Shown in pieces: positions 38,849 to 47,926 of a DNA stretch of 64,000 bases (positions are counted from its first letter, which is position 1; the number at the start of each line of letters is the position of its first letter). Source of the DNA: a virus; the IMG/VR virus record IMGVR_UViG_3300037515_000251, positions 7,926-71,925 of that record, one strand, 5' to 3'. Both the position numbers and the translations under genes were made by a program. The notes under the pieces were generated by a model. The model was not told where the DNA came from, searched no databases, and worked only from the letters and a program-made list of their open reading frames with translations.

Positions 38849-39613
38849 ATGAAAGAGCACCCCATGATTTGTGCCGACGCCGAAATGCGGGCCTTCCTGG
38901 ATGGCCGAAAGACTCAGCACCGGCAGATCATCTCCGCCAAGAACTCCACGGTGAACGGGGAAATCCCGAATACCAGCCGCTCGGCGAAGGAGTTCACGGA
39001 CGGCTGGCGCGATCTCGATTTTGAGGGAACCGGCGGACTACGCCCTTACGCCGATGGACACCAGAGCGAATGCCCGTGCGGATCGTACTTGCATGTGCCG
39101 TTGGCCGGTTACGGCGTGGATGGCGATCATCGAGTCTTCAGGGTACGCTCGCGGGTTGAACCCGGCGACTTGATCTGGTGCCGGGAGAACGGATGGGAAC
39201 GCCCATTTAGGACCGCCACGGACATGCGGGAAGGTGCCGACACATGGGAGAAATTCTACTACGATGCGGACGGTTTAACTGAATCTGATCGGGACGATTT
39301 CAAGCGCTGGCGATTCAAGCGACGCCACTCCACCCAGATGCCCAAGTGGGCTTCGCGCTGCCGTCTCCGCGTGCTCAGCGTGCGCCCAGAACGCGTCCAG
39401 GACATCAGCGAAGAGGATGCACGGGCGGAAGGTATCAGGATGTTCGACAACTCCGGCATGTATGCCGGTAGAAGGGGGCCGGGACGCAAGGTAACGCCCT
39501 GGTGGACGGCCCGCGAAGCATTCACCGATCTATGGGACACCCGCCACGGCAGTGGCGCATGGCTGCGTAACGACTGGGTTTGGCTCTACGAGTTCGAGAA
39601 GGTGGAACCATGA
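38849..39613 (+). CDS. hypothetical protein (possible ASCH/PUA-like N-terminus)
   Basis: start MKEHPMICADAEMRAFLDGRKTQ; weak resemblance only. Confidence 0.3.
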   Translation: MKEHPMICADAEMRAFLDGRKTQHRQIISAKNSTVNGEIPNTSRSAKEFTDGWRDLDFEGTGGLRPYADGHQSECPCGSYLHVPLAGYGVDGDHRVFRVRSRVEPGDLIWCRENGWERPFRTATDMREGADTWEKFYYDADGLTESDRDDFKRWRFKRRHSTQMPKWASRCRLRVLSVRPERVQDISEEDARAEGIRMFDNSGMYAGRRGPGRKVTPWWTAREAFTDLWDTRHGSGAWLRNDWVWLYEFEKVEP

Positions 39614-41475
39614 AAAAACGACAGACCAAAACCGAGAAGATTGAAGCCGAGAAGTCGGCGTTGCGGCTGAGGCTGTACGATCTGGCTTGCGGGGCGTTCG
39701 GGCAGGGATTCACTGAAGACAGCCTGGATGACCTTGGCGGAGAGCTGATTCACATCACCGACATCGAAGGCTTCGGTCGCTGGCTGTGCGCCATCAGGGA
39801 AGTTTTCGAGCTAAACGACAGCGTCGAAGGCCAGCACAAGGCGTACATGACGCATCCGCAGTGCCTTCACAAGTTCGCCACGCTCGACTCGGCAACGGAA
39901 TTCCTGTACGAGCGTGGCATCCGGGCAACGGACTGAAAGGGTGAAATGACTGACCTTCGGAAGATGACGCTGCGGGAGTTGATCTCCAGGATTCCGTCCC
40001 ATGCTGGTGCGTTGCCAGAGTTACAGCGCCGTGCCCCGATGCTTGAGGCGGCGGTGGAGCTGGCGGAAGAAGTCTCCAAAAAGGATGGGGCCGGTTACAA
40101 CTTTGACGACCATACCTGGATAGACCATATCTGTACTTTGGGTGATGCCTTCCGCAACGCCAAGGAGCAATCCGATGACGCAAAGTGAGATCGACTCGGC
40201 TAACGAGGCCGTATTGTATTGGGTGAGTCTGGCTGGCGCGTCAATTCCACCTACGCAAAGTGGGATGGATGAAGCGGAAGAAGCTGGACGGGAAGCCCTC
40301 GAACGCCTCTGCGAAGCCGCCAAGCCCGCCGAGGATTTGGTGGGGCGGATTGGCCGATGGGAAAATGGTGATCGATCCAAGTTTGAGATCATCGCCGGAG
40401 ATGGGACATGGTTTGTCGTGCGACCCTTTGGGACAGATATGCGTGAGGTCGCATCGCGTGGCGACTTCGACCTTCTCCCCGACGCCCCGGAAGACGAACG
40501 GAGGGAGCCATGTGGACCATAAGGGTTAGTCGCAATTTCGGCGGTAGGCGGCCCCATTGGGAGGTGCTGCCTGGCCGGGGAGCGAACGGGCCGTGGGTGA
40601 TCCAGAAGGCTTGGCCGGATGAGCACGGCTATCGGTACGATCCGCCGATTCACAAGAACATCAAAACAAAGCGGGAAGCCATGGAGATCAAGAGGACGTT
40701 GCCATGAGAGATCCGGACAAGATTGACGAAGGCGGATTCGCCACTTTCGGCGATTTCATAATCAGCAACGGGTACGTGCTGCTGTCGTTTGCGGTTCCCC
40801 GCATCATGCGAATCGATAAAGCCCGCAAGCTCCACGCCGATCTCGGAGCAGCGCTTGAGCGGGCCGACGCGTTGGCGAAGGAAGGTAAGGAATGAACGCT
40901 CTTGAGATCGTGCGCGAACACTTGAAGGCCAACGGCTACGACGGCCTGTTCAACTGTAGGGGCGATTGCGGCTGCGAACTGAGCGGCCTGTCTCCTGGCA
41001 ACTGCCTGACTGAGTATTGCGCTCCGGGCTACAAGGTGCCTTGTGACCCGGAAGATTGCCCCGCAGAGGGGCAGTGTGAATGGCACATTGCCCCTCAGAA
41101 GGTGAGGAATGACCCCCGCTGAAACCACCACCGACCGCACCCCCGAGCAGTGGGCCGAGTTCTGCGCCCGCGAGGTCATGGGGTGGGAGCAACGAGACGG
41201 ACAGTGGTGGGCGAAAGGGTCACTAGATTTTTCGGTTCATGTGCGGTATGTCTGCGACTGGTCCCCAATCGACAACCTCGCCGACGCGCGGGTAGTACTG
41301 GAGAAGCTGGCGCAAAGGAAATGCATCGGCGAATGGTACATCTACCACCAATCCGAGGGCTTTTTCGGGGTAGTTCTGGGGCCGATGGAGGCGGATTCGC
41401 CCTGGGCTGAGGCTACCGGCCCCCACGAAGGCCCGGCGATTTGCGAGCTAGCCGAGAAGATTCTAGGAGCAAACC

Positions 41476-41850
41476 ATGCACAAAACCAAGGAAGTATCTA
41501 AACTGACCGGCCTCAGCGTCCGGCAACTCCAATACTGGGATGAGCACGGCTACGTCGTCCCCAAAATCGAGCGGCACCGCAGGCTCTACGACGACCGGCA
41601 GTTGCGCGGGCTGATGGTCATCGCCGCCCTGAAGCGCCGGGGAGTCAGTCGCAACGACGTGCTCGCCCAGGTCAACGAGGGGTTCTGGAGATTCATTGGG
41701 TACATTCAACTGGAAGCAGGTGGCTGGCTGCTGTGGGACCACTATGGCGGCGCTGAGCCGCTACGGTGGTGCCCCACCGAGAAGTTGCTGGCCGATGTCG
41801 CGGCAAAAGCCGAAGGCCCCGTGACCATCGTGGAGTTCAAGGCCGCATGA
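41476..41850 (+). CDS. MerR-family HTH regulator
   Basis: MHKTKEVSKLTGLSVRQLQYWDEHGYVVP N-terminal MerR-type HTH. Confidence 0.55.
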   Translation: MHKTKEVSKLTGLSVRQLQYWDEHGYVVPKIERHRRLYDDRQLRGLMVIAALKRRGVSRNDVLAQVNEGFWRFIGYIQLEAGGWLLWDHYGGAEPLRWCPTEKLLADVAAKAEGPVTIVEFKAA

Positions 41851-42117
41851 TCGACACGTCGAAACTCAATTCCGGCTGCATCGGCCGCAAGGTGGCGGTG
41901 AAAATTGTCACCCGCGAACCGGCTACCGGCGCCGCTGTCGGTGTCTCGACGACGGTTTACCGGCTGGCGGATTGGGATGAACGGGAAGTGTGCGTGCTCG
42001 ACGACTCGGTTCCCGGCGGCGAACGCTGGATCGACAAGGAATCCGTCGAGCCGTTCGAGCCGTTCCCGAAGACGCTCCCGCCGGAGCCGCGGAAGAAGAG
42101 GTTTTGGACGTAGAGCG

Positions 42118-42132
42118 GTGTCAGTTTGACAC
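42118..42132. repeat. genome-wide palindrome copy
   Basis: upstream of XRE-like gene. Confidence 0.9.
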
Positions 42133-42205
42133 GGGGCCACAACACGGACGTTGACAGGATGAATCGCCATGAGCAATACTGGTGTTGCATGACCAAGGAC
42201 TGCCG

Positions 42206-42436
42206 ATGAACATTACCGAAGCGCTTCGCCAGGCCCGCCGGTCGGTTCCCCGGAGTCTCGCGGGCGTGGCCGAAAAGATGGGCGCGACCACCCAGGCCGC
42301 CAGCCGCATCGAGCGGGACGCCGGGCGGGCGAACTTGCTGACGCTGGCGAAGTACGTCAAGGCGCTCGGCGGGAAGCTGATTGTCGAGATCAGGATGCTG
42401 GGCAAGGACGAGCGGACGTTCCGGGGGGATGTATGA
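42206..42436 (+). CDS. XRE-family HTH regulator
   Basis: MNITEALRQARRSVPRSLAGVAEKMGATTQAASRIERDAG HTH_3-like; motif ~75 nt upstream. Confidence 0.45.
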   Translation: MNITEALRQARRSVPRSLAGVAEKMGATTQAASRIERDAGRANLLTLAKYVKALGGKLIVEIRMLGKDERTFRGDV

Positions 42437-42619
42437 CTATTTTCCTGCGGGTTGCGGCGACGGTAATTCTGGTTCTGGTCAGCCTGCGGCTTGCATCCGT
42501 AGCGGCCGAATTGATGACGATGGCCGAGGACATGGCCGTTCTCGCAGGCGTGGCGATTCTTCTCGGAATAGTCGCGGCATGGGTGTTCACAGTCAGAGTC
42601 TTTACAAGGAGACAGAAGG

Positions 42620-43477
42620 ATGCTGAAGACAATTTGTATCGCCGTTGGGGTGCTGTTCGGCCTCATCGTGTTGACCCAAAGCTGTACTCGCGTGGACGTT
42701 GGACATGTGGGGATCAAGGTCAACTACGCTGGTAGCGACAGGGGCGTTGACGACTATCCCCCGACAACCGGGTGGGTGTTTTTCAACCCATTCACATCAA
42801 CCGTGCTGGAGTACCCGACGTTCATGCAAACAGCACAGTGGACCGCTGGAGAGGACGAAGGCTCCACGGCCAACGAGGAACTATGCTTCAACTCGAAAGA
42901 GGGCTTAGTGGTTTGCGGCGACATCTCGCTGAGTTACCAACTCAGGGACGATAAAGTGCCGGCTTTTTACGTGAAATTCCGCAACGATGACCTGCGCGTG
43001 TTCACGCATGGGTTTCTGCGGAATATCGCCAGGGATTCGTTCAACGAAGTCGCGTCCACCTTCCCCGTGGATGAGCTCTACGGACAGCGCAAGGAAGAGT
43101 TTTTGAACGCAGTGAGGTCCAGAGTAAACGCCGAAGTGGCCGCGATTGGAGTACAGGTCGAGCAATTTGGTTTCATTGGGGCAATGCGGTTGCCGCAGGG
43201 TGTGGTGGATGCTCTCAATTCGAAGATCGCCGCAACGCAGAGGGCGATCCAAGCCGAGAATGAATTACGGCAAGCTGAAGCTGAAGCGCAGAAAGCGATT
43301 GCCAAGGCCAGGGGCGAGGCCCAATCGAACGAAATTTTGACGAAATCGCTGACATCCTCGCTGTTGGAATGGCGCCAACTGGAAATCCTAGACAAGAAAT
43401 GGAACGGCGCATACCCGCTCTACGTGGGCGGTGGTGGATCGCCAGTGCCGATGATTCAACTTCAGAGTGGACGATAG
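42620..43477 (+). CDS. SPFH/band-7 (stomatin/prohibitin-like) membrane protein
   Basis: N-terminal TM helix then VDVGHVGIKVNYAGS…GDISLSYQL…coiled-coil AENELRQAEAEAQKAIAKARGEAQS typical of SPFH domain proteins. Confidence 0.55.
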   Translation: MLKTICIAVGVLFGLIVLTQSCTRVDVGHVGIKVNYAGSDRGVDDYPPTTGWVFFNPFTSTVLEYPTFMQTAQWTAGEDEGSTANEELCFNSKEGLVVCGDISLSYQLRDDKVPAFYVKFRNDDLRVFTHGFLRNIARDSFNEVASTFPVDELYGQRKEEFLNAVRSRVNAEVAAIGVQVEQFGFIGAMRLPQGVVDALNSKIAATQRAIQAENELRQAEAEAQKAIAKARGEAQSNEILTKSLTSSLLEWRQLEILDKKWNGAYPLYVGGGGSPVPMIQLQSGR

Positions 43478-44223
43478 CATGAAATCCGAAGCCGCCATCC
43501 GCAAGCTGCACGACCGGCTGGACAAATTCATGGTATCCGGTGACGTCAAGGGACTCAGTGCGAACGACCCGGAGTTGTGGAGCAAGATGCTCGGTGTCTG
43601 GGTGACGCTTAAATGGGTGCTCGACATCCGTACATCCTGGTATCAGTACTGGGGCATCAGCGCGTTGCGCCGGATCGCGCGGAGGAAGAAATGAGCGGAT
43701 CGCGGACCAAACTACTCCGAAAGGCGTTCAGGCTGGCCCACGGCCAAGCGCCGACCAAGCGCGAGTGGCTGCTGTGGAAGCGCGAGGCGAACAGGCGGCG
43801 CGTCACGGCCCTGGAGCCGTCGAAGGTGCGTTCCATCGCCACGGCTGGCCGCAAGCGGGCCGAGCGCATCAAGCTCAGGATGGTGGAGCGCAAGCGGCTG
43901 GAGGCTGGCAAGAAATGAGCATTCGCAACAGTTTAGAGGACTGGCAAGTCGGCGAACGGGCCGACTACAAGGAAGGTGCGGACATCTTCCGTGTCGAGAT
44001 TCTGGAGAAGAAGATTGGGCCGCTGAAGGAAATCATGCCGCGCTACACGAAGGACGAGAGAAGGTTTATCAAGTTTCGATTGCGGAATCTCAGGATGGGT
44101 AGCGAGTTCGATGTGTACTCATCGCTTGAACCGCTGGACCAAAGCTGCATTATCTGGCGCTTGTTTCAAGAAGGCGATTACACGCTGATGGATGAGAGTT
44201 ACCCGGAAATCGGAGGCAAGGCG

Positions 44224-44238
44224 GTGTCAAACTGACAC
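44224..44238. repeat. genome-wide palindrome copy
   Basis: overlaps stop of 43917-44235 ORF, upstream of ligase-like gene. Confidence 0.9.
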
Positions 44239-44379
44239 GGACATCGAAGCAGGCGGACCGTGGGCATGAATCGCACGGTGGTTCGACGACTAACCGGCGT
44301 CCGCGGCCCGTCTGCTTGGGCGTCCAGCCCGGACCCCTGAATCCGGGCGCGGCTGGCAGAGCACGGGCGCCCAACTGAA

Positions 44380-45102
44380 ATGAACGAATCGGTCAAACCG
44401 CTCGGCAAAAAGGCTTACGGCAGCATCCCGCACCTGCCGGGTAGCCGCCGTGGGCCTGGCGACCATCACTGCCATGAGGGCCAGGCGCTCATCTGCACCG
44501 AGAAGACGCGCGACAAGCACGATATCGTCAGCGTGACCGTCAAACTCGATGGCTCATGCGTGGCTGTGGCCAAAATCAATGGCCAGATCGTGGCGCTCGG
44601 CCGCGCTGGCTGGCCGGCGCAATCGTCACCCTACGAGCAGCACCAGTTGTTCGCCCACTGGGTCAGGCAGCATCACGATCGATTCAGCGGCCTGCTTGCC
44701 GAGGGGATGCGCGTCTGCGGCGAGTGGCTGGCTCAGGCCCATGGGACGCGGTATGAGTTGAATGGGCGTCAGCCGTTCGTTGCGTTTGACGTGTTCAGCC
44801 GGGATAACGAGCGGTTGCCAACGGAACATGCGCTCGACTTGATTCTGTCGTCCGGGTTGGCCGTTCCCAAGCGGCTTCAACTCTCGAATGATCCCTTGTC
44901 GATCGATGCCGCGATGGCTCTGATCGCAAACGAGTACCGCCGTGGCTATGGAGAACTCGACGAAGTAGAGGGCGCGGTCTGGCGCGTGGAGCGCCGCGGG
45001 AAGTTCGATTTTCTCGCCAAGTACGTTCGCCCAGACAAGATTGACGGGTTGTACCTGCCTGAGATTTCCGGCCAGGAACCGATTTGGAATTGGCGTCCAT
45101 GA
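44380..45102 (+). CDS. ATP-dependent RNA/DNA ligase-like nucleotidyltransferase (KxDG motif I)
   Basis: VTVKLDGSCVAV motif I; downstream EGAVWRVERRGKFDFLAKYVRPD motif V-like lysines; 240 aa fits minimal RNA-ligase size. Confidence 0.5.
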   Translation: MNESVKPLGKKAYGSIPHLPGSRRGPGDHHCHEGQALICTEKTRDKHDIVSVTVKLDGSCVAVAKINGQIVALGRAGWPAQSSPYEQHQLFAHWVRQHHDRFSGLLAEGMRVCGEWLAQAHGTRYELNGRQPFVAFDVFSRDNERLPTEHALDLILSSGLAVPKRLQLSNDPLSIDAAMALIANEYRRGYGELDEVEGAVWRVERRGKFDFLAKYVRPDKIDGLYLPEISGQEPIWNWRP

Positions 45103-45793
45103 AACTGACCGAGCACACCCCGGAAGTTCCGAATTCCCCATGGCGGACGGCGCTCTGCTACCTTTTCGGGCCGCTCTACGGCCTGATCGGCGCGATGGAC
45201 GACATCGGCGGCATCGTGGGCTTCGTGCTCGGAGCGCTGGCGATGGCGGTATTTGCAATGTGGATGCTCGGATGAGCCAGTGCCCGAAATGCGCTGGATT
45301 CGACGGGTTCCACTGGCTCGGCTGCCCGAAACTGTTCGAACAGCCTGCGCCGCATCCCGATGGAGCCGTGCTCGACGGCCCGGCTGGGCTGGTGCGGTTC
45401 CGGCAAGGAGTGAAACCGGATGAAACTCGAATGGCCGATCCTATTAGCGATTGTCGGTGCCATGTTAATCGGCTTGGCGCTGGGCGTGGTCACGGGGAGA
45501 CGTTTCCCAAAGCAGAACAAGTCGGCTCAATCAGACTGCAAAATCGAGGCCATGAACCGATTGGGAACGATCGTCGTCCGGCTCGACCAACCAGCCCCCT
45601 GCGACCCGGCCGCGATGGCAATCGAGGCTGGCACCGCCGTTAAGGCGGCGACGGAGGAATCCCAGTGAAAGCCTACAACGGATTCTATTTCGACATTCTC
45701 TGTGCTGTGGCCGCCATCGGAGGGCTTTGGCTGGCGGTGTTCGGGTGGTTGGTTGGCCTCAAGGTAGCGATGTAATTTTTCAAAAGGAGCAAC

Positions 45794-46378
45794 ATGTCAC
45801 GTAAAACACCTATCACCACAACAGTGACCGACCCCACGGGCCGCGTCCTCGCCGAAGACAAGGGCGACGGGCAGGGACTCCAGGAAGTCGGCGACAACCT
45901 CAAACAGAGCATGGCCGAGATGGTTGGCTTGCCCACCAGGTGGGTACTCTACGACGAGCACGGTGGAGAAATACTCGTACCCACCGGCCAGGACGGGAAG
46001 ATCGTCTTCAACCGCACCGGCACCGAGATGCTGAAGCACGATTTCAGCGACAAGGAACGCGCCGAGTTGTCGGCGCGCGCCGGTCAGATCGACAAGAACG
46101 CTTCCGAGTTGGAGGCGCGGCTGTCGTCACTCAAAAAGCAGATGCAGGGAGAGATCGACTCCGACCGTGCCGAAGTCTCGAATATCCTCCAGAAGTGCCG
46201 CGACGGCTACGAGTTCCGTGATTTCAGGACCGGCACGATCCTGCACTGCCCGACGAAGGGCAAGAAGATCATCGTTCGGCTGGATAACGAGCAGGTCGTC
46301 AAGGTGCTCGACATGGCTCCGCACGAGTTCCAGACGGAGATGTTCGCCGAGACGCCCGCTGAGGGTGTGGGAGAATAA
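45794..46378 (+). CDS. hypothetical protein
   Basis: 194-aa ORF immediately upstream of tRNA pair. Confidence 0.4.
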   Translation: MSRKTPITTTVTDPTGRVLAEDKGDGQGLQEVGDNLKQSMAEMVGLPTRWVLYDEHGGEILVPTGQDGKIVFNRTGTEMLKHDFSDKERAELSARAGQIDKNASELEARLSSLKKQMQGEIDSDRAEVSNILQKCRDGYEFRDFRTGTILHCPTKGKKIIVRLDNEQVVKVLDMAPHEFQTEMFAETPAEGVGE

Positions 46379-46385
46379 AGGTCTT

Positions 46386-46466
46386 CGGGGCGTAGCTCAG
46401 TCAGGCCGAAGGAGCGCTCGGTTTGGGACCGAGAGGCCGCTGGTTCAAATCCAGCCGCCCCGACCA
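46386..46466 (+). tRNA. tRNA, anticodon UGG (Pro) predicted, genomically encoded CCA, unusually long D-loop
   Basis: CGGGGCG-UA-GCUC-(13-nt loop)-GAGC-G-CUCGG-UUUGGGA-CCGAG-AGGCC-GCUGG-UUCAAAU-CCAGC-CGCCCCG-A-CCA; 7/7 acceptor pairs. Confidence 0.65.
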
Positions 46467-46476
46467 TTCGATGTAC

Positions 46477-46547
46477 TGCGGGGGCGGTGGTCGCAGCCGA
46501 GACCCATAATCTCAGCATCGCCGGTTCGATTCCGGCCCCCGCTACCA
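46477..46547 (+). tRNA. tRNA-like gene with CAU anticodon loop (Met/Ile2-like), non-canonical 5' half, encoded CCA
   Basis: T-arm GCCGG-UUCGAUU-CCGGC, 3' CCCCGCU-A-CCA, anticodon arm CGAGA-CCCAUAA-UCUCA; I could not fit a canonical D-arm/acceptor by eye. Confidence 0.4.
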
Positions 46548-46774
46548 ATCCCGTGGTAGGATATAACTTCGGCATGAAATTTGATGCCAATGATCGCGGC
46601 GAAAGCCCGGCAGCCTGAGAAGAGCGAGCGCGCCCACTACGAGAAATCGTAGCGCCACACGGCGACCCGTGGCCGGGGCGTGGAAAAGTCACAGCCAGCA
46701 ATGGTCGGCCATGTCGCCTAACCGGGTAACTGTGGGGGCTGCCGCCAAACTTTCCGGCCTACGAGACCAACCCC

Positions 46775-46789
46775 GTGTCAAACTGACAC
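46775..46789. repeat. genome-wide palindrome copy
   Basis: between tRNAs and structural block. Confidence 0.9.
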
Positions 46790-46999
46790 CGGATGTGCTA
46801 GGCTGGACTCAAGAATCGGCATTCACATGCTGGTTTCCTCCCAACGAATCAGAGTACATCGCCAAATGGCCCGGCCCACCAGCCGGGCCTATTTTTTGGT
46901 AGGATTGGAATGCACGTAAAGTCTCCTCGATAAAAACGGGACTCTGGGCCGTGGTTGTAGACGAGATCGCGATCGGCCGCGGCCCAGAACCAACAGACC

Positions 47000-47401
47000 A
47001 TGACCGGCGACCAGATCACCGACCAGGCGGCATTGGCGGTATTCTTCACCTGGGCTTTCCAGCACATCAAGGCCGCGCCGTGGGCCTCGTTCGTCGGCGA
47101 TCACGCCCCAGGCATGAGCCGTGCGCTCTCGACGGCGTTCGCCGCGCTGGTCGGTGCGGGCTTCACCTACGAGTGGACCGGCAGCGCGGAGGCGGGCTGG
47201 ACAGGATCGATCTACATCCCGCCGCTGGCCGTGCTGACGCAGTTCGGGACAACTTTCGCGATCCAGTGGTTCGGCCAGAAGGGCGCCTACAAGATCATGT
47301 ACGGGATTCCGGGCAAGCCGGAGCTGCCGAAACCCCCCGAACAGCCCAAGCAGCCGATGATTATCACCACGACGGGAGCGGCCATTCCATCGCAGCCTTG
47401 A
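47000..47401 (+). CDS. hypothetical hydrophobic protein (possible membrane/holin-like)
   Basis: 133 aa with hydrophobic segments; overlapping longer ORF 46951-47457 in other frame. Confidence 0.3.
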   Translation: MTGDQITDQAALAVFFTWAFQHIKAAPWASFVGDHAPGMSRALSTAFAALVGAGFTYEWTGSAEAGWTGSIYIPPLAVLTQFGTTFAIQWFGQKGAYKIMYGIPGKPELPKPPEQPKQPMIITTTGAAIPSQP

Positions 47402-47554
47402 CACCGCCGCCCGGCGGTGTTACCTTCATCGATAAGGACTCCCAACCGGCGGGATAGTTCGGGGCGGAACCCTCCAAGTAACACGCCTGCCGGGTCCGGT
47501 AAGCGCTTAGCACGAATTCCTGTAGCCCTTCGGGGCACGTAGGAGGCAAGCGCC

Positions 47555-47917
47555 TTGGGAGCAAACAACACGGGCCGTCACACGGTCGATGTCACGATCC
47601 CGATCAACACCGCCCTCTCGAACGCCATCCAAATCACCTTCACCGACATCGTTGGCTTCTACATGCCCGCCGCTTGGACGGCCGCCGACATCGGATTCGA
47701 GGTTTCGCACGATGGCGTAACCTACTACATCGTCAGCGATTCGGCTGGCGCCCTCGTCACGATTCCCGTTGCCGCCGACGACTTTATCACCCTGCCGGAC
47801 GGCTTCGTTCAGGGCAATAAATGGTGCCGCGTGCGGTCTCAGAACGGCGGGACTGGAGCGGCAGTCAATCAACTCGCCGCACGCACAATCAAACTCGTGA
47901 AGCGCGATCTGCGGTAG
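47555..47917 (+). CDS. hypothetical protein
   Basis: 120-aa ORF preceding large fibre-like gene. Confidence 0.35.
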   Translation: MGANNTGRHTVDVTIPINTALSNAIQITFTDIVGFYMPAAWTAADIGFEVSHDGVTYYIVSDSAGALVTIPVAADDFITLPDGFVQGNKWCRVRSQNGGTGAAVNQLAARTIKLVKRDLR

Positions 47918-47926
47918 GAGAACGCC

